Positions 39,831 through 49,889 of a stretch of DNA of 64,000 bases are shown here, one piece after another (the first letter of the stretch is position 1; every line of letters starts with the position of its first letter). The DNA lies in contig CAXXDV010000001.1 in the NCBI GenBank assembly GCA_963674745.2, positions 1,056,001 to 1,120,000 on the forward strand. The letters are read 5' to 3'. Source of the DNA: Desulfosudaceae bacterium (GTDB lineage: Bacteria; Desulfobacterota; Desulfobacteria; Desulfobacterales; Desulfosudaceae). The notes under the pieces are model-generated. The model saw only the letters and a program-made list of their open reading frames with translations. It searched no databases and was not told the origin of the DNA. The translations under genes were made by a program, and so were the position numbers.

Positions 39831-40265
39831 TTACACTGTTTTGGGCGTCGGCATGGTTTTGCCGTCAGCCTCTTCCGTACTCAGCAACGGAGAATCCAGA
39901 TCCTTGCCCTGCAGATCGGCATAAGCATTGGCAGTGCCTTCATCGGTGGTCCGGATCGGGAACTTAAAGCGTTTAACAACGCCGTTTCTGAACTTACAGG
40001 TCCACATGACATCTTCGGTTCCCAGCATCGGCATAATGCTGCTTCCCAGAGGAACAAAGTCCGCATAGCCTCTTACTTCAATGGCCTGGGTGGGGCAGAT
40101 CTTGACACAGGAAAAACATTCCCAGCACTGATCCGGTTCCTGGTTGTAGGCTTTCATGGCGTCGGGATCCAAAACCATCAGATCGTTGGGACAAATATAC
40201 ATACAAGCTGTCTTGTCCCCGCCCTTGCAACCGTCACATTTTTCAGCAATTACAAAACTTGGCAT
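39831..40265 (-). CDS. aprB: Adenylylsulfate reductase beta subunit
   Basis: MPSFV..KCDGCK..TACMYICP, CWECFSCVKICP, KRFKFPIRTT. Confidence 0.98.
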   Translation of the reverse strand: MPSFVIAEKCDGCKGGDKTACMYICPNDLMVLDPDAMKAYNQEPDQCWECFSCVKICPTQAIEVRGYADFVPLGSSIMPMLGTEDVMWTCKFRNGVVKRFKFPIRTTDEGTANAYADLQGKDLDSPLLSTEEADGKTMPTPKTV

Positions 40266-40505
40266 TTAAAACCTCCTGATTTGTTACCTTAATTAAAATA
40301 AAACAAATACTGACTCATTACCTAAATTATTGAATTCGATAGGTCACAAATTTTCCTGTGGCACCTCCCTTCTTTTTCCTTTTATTTTTTTTATAGATAG
40401 CCTTTTATCTCCGGCTGAAAACTTAAAAGAACAGGCCGCGGACGGCAGCCGCCGAAAATTTGCACACAAAAAATCGGCCTGACCCTAACTATAAAACAAA
40501 GAGAA

Positions 40506-40534
40506 AGACTAAAATCAAAAAAACCAAAAGTCAA
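40506..40534 (-). promoter_or_regulatory. sigma70-type promoter of aprBA
   Basis: Minus strand TTGACT-N17-TAGTCT, ~240 nt upstream of aprB. Confidence 0.55.
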
Positions 40535-40675
40535 GCTATTTACACAAACTTTTGCGTATTCTGACAAGAGAGAATAGCACTACATTTTATAGGGGTTATG
40601 ATGGGATCAAACCACCATATATAGGTACGGTAATAAGGCTTGAAACCGATTAAAACGGCCCTGGTGTAATTGGGT

Positions 40676-41686
40676 TTAAGCGAAAATCGGTACCCCATGA
40701 CCGTGGTGATCATCGGTGAATATTTCAAAGGCCGCCCGTGAAGTGGTTTCCAGGGCCTGGCGGGCCTTTCCCTGGTCGGCTTCAATCGTCAAGCGGCAGG
40801 CGGCGATCTTGGTGTTCAGGCAGTGTTTGATGCCACCGGGGGGATTATAATATCGCAGACCGACAAAGTCTTCTTTTTTCGCCAGAATCGTTCCCTGAAC
40901 AGCGATTTCTTTTGTCGCCGACTTAAACGCCCATTTAAAATAGCCGAACCGGCCGAAGGCCTTCAGGCTTTGTGCAATACTGTTGAGTTTATACTCCCGG
41001 CCCTCATGTCGAAGTACCATCAGTGTCATGCGGGGCGTTTTGACCGGCCCGAACCTCAGTTGGGCGGTCGCCAGTTCAAAAAAGCTGTCCGGGCTGTTGT
41101 CAAATCCGGCCACCTGTCCCCAGGCGTATGAATCGGTATGTTTGACACCCCAGTTATGATTCTGGCTTCCGACCCAGTCTTTTATCTCCATTATTGATCC
41201 ATTGACGATCAAACGGCCGTTGAATACGGCCATGGGTAATCCGACCAGGGCCTTGGCCTTGGGAAAGCCGGTATCATACATCTTATATGGAAGCAGAAAC
41301 AGCGGCTTGCTGTCCCCCGCGTAAGACAGGTCCCATTCAATCGTGTCGTTTTCACCGGCCGCGCCGACCAGTTGTTTATCATCCAGCAGGGCCTCGCCCA
41401 CGTTTACGGAAAAACGATTACCGGCAAACCGGCATTCACCAATCGGCCGTTCGGTTTTTACGGAAACGTGACCATCGGTCTCACCGTCAAACCAGGTGGC
41501 CCACAGCTCACCGATGGTCGGCTCAGAGATGTCCCGGGGTTCGAAAACCGTATACCGGATCCAGAATGCCCTGGGTTTGTCGGGGTGGTTGGCGCGCATG
41601 AAAAAACTTTCATAAAACCCCTTTTTGTCCGCCCGGAACCGGGAATGGTTGGCGGTTGCGGTCAGCTGCTGAACAAGGTTGCCCAT
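40676..41686 (-). CDS. Hypothetical protein, tocopherol-cyclase/AttH-like beta fold (tentative)
   Basis: FYESFF, FWIRYT, GSQNHNWG...YAWGQ, YYNPPGG..HCLNTKIA; aromatic beta-rich. Confidence 0.55.
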   Translation of the reverse strand: MGNLVQQLTATANHSRFRADKKGFYESFFMRANHPDKPRAFWIRYTVFEPRDISEPTIGELWATWFDGETDGHVSVKTERPIGECRFAGNRFSVNVGEALLDDKQLVGAAGENDTIEWDLSYAGDSKPLFLLPYKMYDTGFPKAKALVGLPMAVFNGRLIVNGSIMEIKDWVGSQNHNWGVKHTDSYAWGQVAGFDNSPDSFFELATAQLRFGPVKTPRMTLMVLRHEGREYKLNSIAQSLKAFGRFGYFKWAFKSATKEIAVQGTILAKKEDFVGLRYYNPPGGIKHCLNTKIAACRLTIEADQGKARQALETTSRAAFEIFTDDHHGHGVPIFA

Positions 41687-41742
41687 AAGTGTTTCCTTTC
41701 AACATTGAGCGTTCAACGTCGAACATCCAATGAGATATTCTG

Positions 41743-43263
41743 TCAATACCTGTGAAAATGTTCCGCAATATAGTCCGCCGCCCGGGTGGCAAAGGCCATG
41801 ATCGTTACCTGGGGGTTGACCCCCAGTGAAGAGGGGAAGACACTGCCGTCGGTGATAAAAAGGCCTTTGACGTCATGTGTCTCCAGGTTCAGGTCGACCA
41901 CGGAAGTACCGGGTGTATTGCCCATGCGGCAGGTTCCCAGGGGATGAAAGGCCATGAGTTCAAAATGCCACGGTTTAATCCGCATGGTCTTGAACCTGGC
42001 CAGCTGTTCCGCTGTTCTGATCTGCGGCATTTTAAAACAGGCGGTAAAAACCCGGCGGGCACCGGCTGCAAAAAAGATATCAGCCACGTAACCGATGCCT
42101 TTTCTCAATCGCTCGGCGTCCTTCTGGTTCATGGAATACCAGGCCGTATAAGCGGTGCCCGGTAAAAACGGTGGAAAAATCCGGCCCCGGGTGGTATCGC
42201 TGACCATCACCCCGAAAGCCGCCAGGTTATTGTAATGCCTGGCCAGATACTTATGGTCCTGGCCGGTGCCCGGCAGGGCCATGGCCATGACACCCGGCGG
42301 TATGAAGATCCCCTCCAGCATAACCCCTTCATCGGCAAAGTCGTCGATCATACCACCCTGGGAAACCCCGTGATGCCCTTTAACCGCTTCGTCCATCTCT
42401 GCCACCACCCGGCCGCAGGGATGAATGGTCAGGCCCCGTCCAACCTGACCGGAAGTGTTGGCCAGATGCCTCTTCAGCATAAAGGCCGGGGTAATCATGG
42501 TGCCCATGGCCAGGCAAACGATTCGGGCCGTCACCCTGATCGCAAACGTTTCCCTGTTGTTCTCCGGGTTGACGAACCGCCCCCTGACGCCGACCACCCG
42601 ACCGCCTTCGGTTATGATCTTTCTTGCCCGGCAGTTGGCAAAAACCCTTGCCCCGGCCGAAATCGCTTTGGGAATGTAAGCCACATCCGTGGATTGCTTG
42701 GCATTTTTGACACACCCCCACTGGCAGACACCGGCGCCTTCACAGCCCCTGACATTATGTTTCAGCGGCTTTACGGTCAGCCCCAGCTTTTCCGCGCCGC
42801 GTTTGACAACCTGGTAGTTTCCGCCGAGAACATCCTCGGTGAGTTCCACCACGTTGATTTCCTGCTCTACCCGTTCAAAATACGGGGTCAGTTCCTTATA
42901 AGATAAGCCCTTACAGTCAAATTGGGCCTGCCAGGCGTTCACCACTTTTTCCGGCGTTCTGAAACAGGTGGCGGAATTGACGGTTGTTGTACCGCCGACA
43001 CACCGGCCCAGGGTAATTGAAACCGGCGGTAATCCCAGGGCCAGGGTCATGGCCGATTCCCGGTACAGCCTGGCCATCATATCCCCGGCATCCTGGTTAA
43101 AATTTTTAACCGTAAAATGACTACCCTCCTCAAGGGCGACAACCGACAGGCCCTTTTCGGCCAGTTCTTTGGCCACCACCGCACCGCCCGCCCCGGTGCC
43201 AATGACACAGACATCGGCTGATACACTTATGTTTGAGGATATGTCCTTGAATTCCCTTATCAT
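41743..43263 (-). CDS. GMC-family FAD oxidoreductase (long-chain alcohol oxidase-like)
   Basis: VIGTGAGG, GRCVGGTTTVNS, CEGAGVCQWGC, FHPLGTCRMG, DGSVFPSSLGVNPQVTIMA. Confidence 0.9.
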   Translation of the reverse strand: MIREFKDISSNISVSADVCVIGTGAGGAVVAKELAEKGLSVVALEEGSHFTVKNFNQDAGDMMARLYRESAMTLALGLPPVSITLGRCVGGTTTVNSATCFRTPEKVVNAWQAQFDCKGLSYKELTPYFERVEQEINVVELTEDVLGGNYQVVKRGAEKLGLTVKPLKHNVRGCEGAGVCQWGCVKNAKQSTDVAYIPKAISAGARVFANCRARKIITEGGRVVGVRGRFVNPENNRETFAIRVTARIVCLAMGTMITPAFMLKRHLANTSGQVGRGLTIHPCGRVVAEMDEAVKGHHGVSQGGMIDDFADEGVMLEGIFIPPGVMAMALPGTGQDHKYLARHYNNLAAFGVMVSDTTRGRIFPPFLPGTAYTAWYSMNQKDAERLRKGIGYVADIFFAAGARRVFTACFKMPQIRTAEQLARFKTMRIKPWHFELMAFHPLGTCRMGNTPGTSVVDLNLETHDVKGLFITDGSVFPSSLGVNPQVTIMAFATRAADYIAEHFHRY

Positions 43264-43268
43264 GACCG

Positions 43269-43706
43269 CTACTCTTTAAGACGTTCAAAATGTTCGGCTA
43301 CCGGAAACCGGGGGCGGTAACCGATGGCGTCCTGGACCTCTTTTATGCCGTAAAAAGCCGGAAAAATCAGGACCTTGACAATCATAATGGCCGCCGCACC
43401 CAACACCCCTGCTCTCTCGGCCTTGTCCATCAAAGTTTCCAGCTGACCATCCTTTAAGCGGGTTATGGACACCAGTCGTTTCATTTTATAAACAGGAAGA
43501 CCGTAATCAACTATCCCCAACATGATTTTAAGCCCCGTTCGGGTCAAAAAAGGCATACGAAACAAGGCATAATCCACCCGCGGCAACCATTTATGTGCCA
43601 AATCTCCGGCGCCAGGGGAAAAATAAGGCCCCCCCGGAGGAATAATGCCTCGGCCCATTGCGGCCAATATGGCGGCCTGACGGCGTGACAGTGTCTGGTA
43701 AGTCAT
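43269..43706 (-). CDS. Small GMC-associated protein (gluconate dehydrogenase subunit 3-like, tentative)
   Basis: LAAMGRGIIPPG...FYGIKEVQDAIGY pattern; start at ATG 43706 preferred. Confidence 0.55.
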   Translation of the reverse strand: MTYQTLSRRQAAILAAMGRGIIPPGGPYFSPGAGDLAHKWLPRVDYALFRMPFLTRTGLKIMLGIVDYGLPVYKMKRLVSITRLKDGQLETLMDKAERAGVLGAAAIMIVKVLIFPAFYGIKEVQDAIGYRPRFPVAEHFERLKE

Positions 43707-43756
43707 GAATTTTATCCCGGGGCGCTTTGGAAGGCCCCGTTGCCGGTCCGGATATT

Positions 43757-44260
43757 TCACCCTCCGGCCGAGTGGTTCTTAAAAATACCGTTAAACCTTA
43801 AACGGAAAGAGAACAGAAATGCCGGTGTTTCCCGGTATGGAAAATATATCACCGATTCTGAAATGGTTTTGTTCGTCGCCAAATCCGTGACGGTGCCATA
43901 ACAGGTAACATGGGTTCGATAAAGATTCCAAGGCCATAGATTGCGTTTTTCACCCACGTAGAGATAGGTCTTACCCGATTCATCATTAAACGTAAGCTTG
44001 TAACGGATTTTCCGTTCGGTAAAATAAAGCAGGTGAAGCGTGCCGCTGCAGGACGCTTTTTTCACCAGGCCGTCTACGGTAATAAACCCCCGGGCTTCGT
44101 TAAACAGAAACTGCCCTGAAAACGGATTTAAAAAGGAAAACAGATTGCGGTTTCCCCAGGTGATATGAAACAGCAATGGACGCTTTTTTTTCCGGTCTTC
44201 CCGGCCATCGGTAAAAAAATGACTGCCCGTCATTATTTCGTCCAACTTAAATCCGATCAT
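43757..44260 (-). CDS. Hypothetical protein, first gene of GMC cluster
   Basis: 167-aa ORF with SD GGAGG; IRYKLTF.DESGKTY.YVGEK. Confidence 0.65.
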   Translation of the reverse strand: MIGFKLDEIMTGSHFFTDGREDRKKKRPLLFHITWGNRNLFSFLNPFSGQFLFNEARGFITVDGLVKKASCSGTLHLLYFTERKIRYKLTFNDESGKTYLYVGEKRNLWPWNLYRTHVTCYGTVTDLATNKTISESVIYFPYRETPAFLFSFRLRFNGIFKNHSAGG

Positions 44261-44337
44261 TACGCCTCCCGTTTCTGCGGCCCGTCAATTGGTCTTTATA
44301 TCATCCGGAAGATAAGAATATAAGGATCTGGACACAC

Positions 44338-44412
44338 AGGGGCCAAGGATTCAAGGGGTCGAGGGGTCAAGGGCGTGTTTTGGCCCCTCGACCCCTTGAA
44401 TCCTTGGCCCCT
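44338..44412. repeat. Octamer-repeat inverted hairpin (32-bp stem)
   Basis: AGGGGCCA AGGATTCA AGGGGTCG AGGGGTCA ... TGGCCCCT CGACCCCT TGAATCCT TGGCCCCT. Confidence 0.85.
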
Positions 44413-44581
44413 TCCAGGACCTTTGACTGAACTGAAAATTATACAATCCACAAACTACAACTGATCGGAAGATGAGCCATATTGTTATTTTACATTTTTT
44501 TCATCATTTTGCAACACACCGCCGTTAACAGGAAGGGATATTTATTTGCTTGAACATGAAAATGAGATAAAATTCAAAATT

Positions 44582-45850
44582 ATGGCTTCTCAACCGACAA
44601 AAGTGGAATTACTGGCACCGGCAGGCAGCTTCGAAAAAATGCGGATTGCCGTAGAATATGGCGCTGATGCCGTATACCTGGCCGACCGGCATTTTTCGCT
44701 TAGAAACGCGGCCGACAACTTTACCCTTGATCAAATTGCGCAGGCGGCTTCCTACACCCGGCTGCACGGCGTCCGCCTTTATGTGGCCTGTAACATCTAT
44801 CCCCGGACAGCCGAACAGGATCAAATCGCGCAATACCTTGAAGCGCTCGGCCGGATCGGACCGGACGCCGTTATCATTGCCGATCCCGGCATCCTGATGA
44901 TGACACGGGAGATATTGCCCGAGATGCCGATCCACCTGAGCACCCAGGCCAATACCACCAGCTTAAAAGCCGTCCAGTTCTGGAAAACACAGGGTGTATC
45001 ACGTGTCAATATTGCCCGGGAACTGTCGCTCGATGAAATAAAGGAAATTTCGGACGGCTCTGATATGGAAATTGAGGCGTTTGTTCACGGCGCCGTGTGC
45101 ATGGCTGTCTCCGGGCGATGCCTGTTAAGTATTTTTCTCTCCGGACGGGACAGTAACCGCGGCATGTGCAGCCACCCCTGCCGCTGGCGTTATCAGGTAT
45201 CGGAAGAAAAAAGACCCGGGCAGTATATGCCGGTCGAAGAATCCGAGCGGGGCTCATTCATTTTCAATTCCCGCGACCTGTGCATGATCGAGCATCTGGA
45301 CAAAATGATTGATTCCGGCATTTCCTCTTTAAAAATTGAAGGCCGAATGAAAAGCGTCCACTACCTGGCCGCCACTGTTCATACCTATCGCGAGGCCCTG
45401 AACACCTATTACGCTTCACCACAAACGTTCCGGGTGAAAAACCGCTGGAAAGAGGCCCTGGCATCGGTCACCAGCCGGGGTTATTCCACCAACTTCTACC
45501 TTGGTCCGCCGGGTCCCCAGGCCATCAATTTTTTCGATACCACCCCTGGCCCCGAGCACCTGTTCATCGCTACCGTCCTGGGGCAGAACGAAAACAATCA
45601 TTGCCGAATCCTGGTGAAAAACAAACTGTTTGTAAATGATAAGATAAGCATTCTATCCGCCGGTCAACCGATCAGAAGAGATGTCATCCTGGAGATCTAC
45701 GATGACAACGGCCAGCCATTGGCGTTTGCCCAGCCCAACAGCGTGGTGAATATTAAACTGATGGATGAATGTCATCCCAATGATCTGATCCGGCGTATGG
45801 AAATATCCGACCGGCTGGAAACAGAAAAAAACCATCAACAAGCCACCTGA
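44582..45850 (+). CDS. Peptidase U32 family protein (TrhP/YegQ-like tRNA hydroxylation protein)
   Basis: ELLAPAGS, GADAVY, HLSTQAN, HGAVCMAVSGRC, NRGMCSHPCR, SLKIEGRMKS. Confidence 0.9.
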   Translation: MASQPTKVELLAPAGSFEKMRIAVEYGADAVYLADRHFSLRNAADNFTLDQIAQAASYTRLHGVRLYVACNIYPRTAEQDQIAQYLEALGRIGPDAVIIADPGILMMTREILPEMPIHLSTQANTTSLKAVQFWKTQGVSRVNIARELSLDEIKEISDGSDMEIEAFVHGAVCMAVSGRCLLSIFLSGRDSNRGMCSHPCRWRYQVSEEKRPGQYMPVEESERGSFIFNSRDLCMIEHLDKMIDSGISSLKIEGRMKSVHYLAATVHTYREALNTYYASPQTFRVKNRWKEALASVTSRGYSTNFYLGPPGPQAINFFDTTPGPEHLFIATVLGQNENNHCRILVKNKLFVNDKISILSAGQPIRRDVILEIYDDNGQPLAFAQPNSVVNIKLMDECHPNDLIRRMEISDRLETEKNHQQAT

Positions 45851-45884
45851 AACCGGCTTTTACCGGAACATGACATTTAAGTTA

Positions 45885-45913
45885 TTGCTTTTTTTTATTT
45901 ATATAATTAAAAT
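45885..45913 (+). promoter_or_regulatory. sigma70-type promoter of che operon
   Basis: TTGCTT-N17-TAAAAT in AT-rich spacer. Confidence 0.45.
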
Positions 45914-45989
45914 CAAGAATTATTTTGTTTTAAATGCGATTTTTTAACTCGGAAAATACCGCAAATTCCAATTTGCCCGGAGAAAAGCG

Positions 45990-48900
45990 ATGATTATCGA
46001 GGATGAAGAGAGTTTGCAGATGTATGTCGAGGAGTCCCTCGAGCATATGTCCAATATTGAAAACAATCTTCTGGCAATAGAAAAAGCAGGCGATAAACCT
46101 GACGAGGAAATCGTCAACGAGGTTTTTCGTGCCGCGCACTCCATAAAAGGCGGTGCCGGCCTTATGGGCCTGAACAATATCAAGGAACTGGCCCATAAGG
46201 TGGAAAATGTCCTCGGCCTGATCAGAGAAAAAAAGATAAAGCCTGATTCCAAAATTATCAGCATTGTGCTCTCCGCTTTTGACAAACTCAACAACATGAT
46301 CAATCATATCAGGGAAAGCGAAGAAATCGATATCTCAGAAGAAGTCGTGTCCCTGACCGGTCTGACGACCGCCTCACTTCCTGAAGCCAAAAAATCAAGC
46401 GTTGGTCAGTTGCTTCATGTCTTTTTTGAAGAAAACGGCAAACCTGTTTTTACGACCACCCGTTACGACTTCGACGAAGCCGTCAAAGGCGGTCGTGAAC
46501 TGTATATCATCAAATGGGATCTGATCCGTGATATTCAGGACAATGAAAAGTCTCTGATCGATATCATGAAAACCATTTCAGCCAGCGGCAACATCATTGA
46601 TTCCACGGTCGATATTGAAGGCGTCGGGACACTGGAAGATGCCGTGCCGGATCGTGTGCCCTTCATGCTGCTCTACTCAACGCTGATCGGTGAAGACATT
46701 CTGCCCGCCCTGTTCAATGTCAACAAGAAAAACATCCGGCGTGTCACATCCAGGCTGGTGCGTTCGGTCGGCGATATGGATACGCCGGTTGATGAACCCC
46801 TCTTTGCCACAAAATCCGAACCGGCGACACCGGCTCAACCGCAACCACCGGAACCTGAACCGGGCGGACCGCCTGCCAGGTCGTCTATGCCCCCGGTTGA
46901 AACGGAATCGGCCTTTGAAGAAACCGATGTTCAGCCGACGAACCCGATGGAAACAGACTTTTTCGAACCGGACCCGGAAGAAGCGGCCATTACGGATAAC
47001 GACGGCGGTGCAGAGGACAAGTTAAAACCGTTCGTCATCAAATCCTCGCAGATGCAGACGTCATTGCGGGTGGACGTTAAACTTCTTGACAACCTGATGA
47101 CCCTGGCCGGAGAAATGGTGCTCAGCCGGAATCAGCTCCTTCAAAACATTGCGGCCGGTAACGTTAAGTCCATTGCCGCTGCCGGTCAGCGCATCAACAT
47201 GGTCACGTCGGAACTGCAGGACGTCATTATGCGAACCCGGATGCAGTCGATTGGGAACATCTTTAATAAGTTTCCGCGGCTTGTCCGGGACATGTCCCAG
47301 ACCCTCGGCAAAAAGATTGAACTCACCCTGGAGGGAACGGATGTCGAGCTTGATAAAACGATTATTGAGGCCATCAGCGATCCGTTAACGCATTTAATCA
47401 GAAACTCCGTGGATCATGGTATTGAACCCCCGGGAAAAAGAAGCAACCTGGGTAAAAATCCCATCGGCCGGATTCACCTGGCGGCCCTGCATGAAGCCGG
47501 ACAGGTCACCATTGAAATCACTGATGACGGAAACGGTATTGACGCAAACGAGGTCGCAGCGACGGCACTTCGTAAAGGCCTGATATCTGAAAGTCAGGCT
47601 GCCGGCATGACGCAGAAGGAAAAAATGGACATGATTCTCCTGCCCGGATTCTCAACGGCCAGCCGGGTAACGGATGTTTCTGGGCGTGGCGTCGGCATGG
47701 ACGTGGTCAAAACAAATCTGGATAAACTCGGCGGCTCAATGGATATTGAATCCGTCCTTGGAAGCCATACCACAATTACCATCAAACTGCCCTTGACGCT
47801 GGCCATTATTCCCAGCCAGATCATTCTGGTGGGTGAGGAAAAATACGCCATCCCCCAGGTTAACCTTGATGAACTGTTACGGATACCCGCCGATCAGGTT
47901 AAACATCGTATCGAAAAAGTCGGTGACGCTGAAGTTGTTCGACTGCGCGGCAAATTGCTGCCACTGGTTGACCTGGCCCGGGTGCTGGGAGTTGAAAAAA
48001 CATTTTTTGACCCGGTTGAAGGTATACGGAAACTGGAGCGGCGTCAGAACATTGCCGATCGGCGATCCAAGAAAATCTCACATCATGACAATAAACCGAC
48101 AAAAGAAACCGATGACCATTTAACAATGATGGAAACCAGCGGTCAAACCGCCGAGCAGCCGTCGCGGCGACTAAGCGACGACCGGCGATACCGGGCCACC
48201 AGCGCCATCAACATCGCCGTTGTCTCACTGGCGGACATGAAATATGGACTGGTTGTGGACCGCCTGCTTGACTCTGAAGAAATCGTTGTCAAGCCCCTGG
48301 GGAAACACCTTAAACAATGTCAGGAATTTTCAGGCGCCACGATCATGGGGGATGGAAAGGTGTCCCTTATTCTTGATGTGGCCGGAATCGCGGATTCCGC
48401 GGAACTGAACATTGTCGATATTTCGCGCAAGGAAAAGAAAGAGGAAATTGAAAAGCTGGAAGCCCAGAAGATCAAAGACGAAAAAGAAATCGCTTCGCTT
48501 CTGATATTCAGCAATGACGACGGCAAAGAGCGGTTTGCCGTTTCGCTGGGGCTGGTAGAACGCATTGAAAGTATCAAAACCGCGGCCATTGAAGATGTCG
48601 GCGGCAAGCAGGTTATTCAGTATCGTGGCGGTGCGCTGCCGCTCTTTTCAATTGACCAGGTGGCCTCCGTAAAACCGTTACCGAAAGTTGAGGAGATAGA
48701 GGTTATTGTCTTTACCATCGGGGGAAGGGAAATCGGCCTGATGGTGGTTCCGCCTGTGGACGCCGTGGAAGTCCCCATTAACATTGATTCAAAAGCCCTG
48801 AAACAACCCGGAATCATCGGTTCCGCCATTATCAACAGTCGGACCACCTTGATTCTGGATATATTTGAAGCGGTTAAAACCCTCTATCCGGACTGGATGG

Positions 48901-49319
48901 ACACCGTTACCAAAAAACAGATCAAAACCGGCGGCAGCGGAACCCTGCTGTTTGTTGAGGATTCCGACTTCTTCAGGCGCCAGGTCAAAGGGTTCCTGGA
49001 AGACGGTGGTTTCCAGGTGATCGAGGCCAAAAACGGCCAGGAAGGATGGTCTATTCTGACACAGGAGTTCGAGGGCATCGATCTTATTATCACCGACCTT
49101 GAAATGCCGAAGATGAGCGGTTTTGAACTGACCGAAAAAATCAAGAACGATGACCGGTTCAAACATTTTCCGGTCATCGCCCTGACCTCCCTGGCGGGTG
49201 AAGCAGACATCATCAAGGGAAAGCAGGTCGGTATCACGGACTATCAAATCAAGATGGACAGGGGCAAGTTGCTTGAAACGGTTAAACGGCATATCGAAAA
49301 AGACCAACCCTCCCAATAA
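45990..49319 (+). CDS. cheA: Hybrid chemotaxis kinase (Hpt-dimer-HATPase-CheW-CheW-REC)
   Basis: FRAAHSIKGG, HLIRNSVDHGIE, SGRGVGMDVV, two CheW-like domains, C-terminal FVEDS...TDLEMP receiver. Confidence 0.95.
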   Translation: MIIEDEESLQMYVEESLEHMSNIENNLLAIEKAGDKPDEEIVNEVFRAAHSIKGGAGLMGLNNIKELAHKVENVLGLIREKKIKPDSKIISIVLSAFDKLNNMINHIRESEEIDISEEVVSLTGLTTASLPEAKKSSVGQLLHVFFEENGKPVFTTTRYDFDEAVKGGRELYIIKWDLIRDIQDNEKSLIDIMKTISASGNIIDSTVDIEGVGTLEDAVPDRVPFMLLYSTLIGEDILPALFNVNKKNIRRVTSRLVRSVGDMDTPVDEPLFATKSEPATPAQPQPPEPEPGGPPARSSMPPVETESAFEETDVQPTNPMETDFFEPDPEEAAITDNDGGAEDKLKPFVIKSSQMQTSLRVDVKLLDNLMTLAGEMVLSRNQLLQNIAAGNVKSIAAAGQRINMVTSELQDVIMRTRMQSIGNIFNKFPRLVRDMSQTLGKKIELTLEGTDVELDKTIIEAISDPLTHLIRNSVDHGIEPPGKRSNLGKNPIGRIHLAALHEAGQVTIEITDDGNGIDANEVAATALRKGLISESQAAGMTQKEKMDMILLPGFSTASRVTDVSGRGVGMDVVKTNLDKLGGSMDIESVLGSHTTITIKLPLTLAIIPSQIILVGEEKYAIPQVNLDELLRIPADQVKHRIEKVGDAEVVRLRGKLLPLVDLARVLGVEKTFFDPVEGIRKLERRQNIADRRSKKISHHDNKPTKETDDHLTMMETSGQTAEQPSRRLSDDRRYRATSAINIAVVSLADMKYGLVVDRLLDSEEIVVKPLGKHLKQCQEFSGATIMGDGKVSLILDVAGIADSAELNIVDISRKEKKEEIEKLEAQKIKDEKEIASLLIFSNDDGKERFAVSLGLVERIESIKTAAIEDVGGKQVIQYRGGALPLFSIDQVASVKPLPKVEEIEVIVFTIGGREIGLMVVPPVDAVEVPINIDSKALKQPGIIGSAIINSRTTLILDIFEAVKTLYPDWMDTVTKKQIKTGGSGTLLFVEDSDFFRRQVKGFLEDGGFQVIEAKNGQEGWSILTQEFEGIDLIITDLEMPKMSGFELTEKIKNDDRFKHFPVIALTSLAGEADIIKGKQVGITDYQIKMDRGKLLETVKRHIEKDQPSQ

Positions 49320-49343
49320 CCTGAAAGCCAGAGGCAGTTGCTT

Positions 49344-49799
49344 ATGCATTCAACCGCAGCCATAAAACAAAAAAGCATGACCGAGCTGGTCACTTTTTAT
49401 ATTGGAAATTCCTTGTGCGGCATAGACATAACCGATATCCAGGAAATTAATAAGCAGACCGCCAACCTGACCTGGGTGCCCAAAGCACCCGACTATGTGG
49501 TTGGTGTCCTGAATCTGAGGGGAATGATCGTAACGATTCTCGATCTGGGAAAAAAGCTTGGGCTTTCGCCCCTGACCCGCAGCAAAAAAAGCAGAAATAT
49601 TGTGGTTCATTTTGAGGAGGAACTGGTCGGTATCATGGTGGATGAGGTCAGCGAGGTGTTGTCCGCCAAGTCTGATGACATAGAGCCCTCGCCCGCCAAT
49701 CTCGGCGGTGTGCAGGGGAAATTTTTTTGTGGCGTGCTAAAAACAGATAAACATCTGATCGGCATCCTTGATATTAAAAAAGCGTTGTCAGACGAATAG
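49344..49799 (+). CDS. cheW: Chemotaxis coupling protein
   Basis: LVTFYI, IQEI, VPKAPDYVVGVLNLRGMIV; start uncertain. Confidence 0.93.
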   Translation: MHSTAAIKQKSMTELVTFYIGNSLCGIDITDIQEINKQTANLTWVPKAPDYVVGVLNLRGMIVTILDLGKKLGLSPLTRSKKSRNIVVHFEEELVGIMVDEVSEVLSAKSDDIEPSPANLGGVQGKFFCGVLKTDKHLIGILDIKKALSDE

Positions 49800-49889
49800 G
49801 CCGTTTATTATTGTTAATATCGATGATAATGTCATAATTCCGTTTTGACCGGAAATATGAAAACATCATTAACTCTTTTTGAAAATACT

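Noticed and set aside
32641..40265. Selenocysteine recoding in qmo/apr genes
   Set aside because: All five ORFs are full length with no internal TGA
40530..40570. Rex operator upstream of aprB
   Set aside because: Best 18-mer (TTGTCAGAATACGCAAAA) matches TTGTGAA-N4-TTCACAA only weakly
40266..41686. sat gene expected next to aprB
   Set aside because: No ATP sulfurylase motifs present; sat being elsewhere is not unusual
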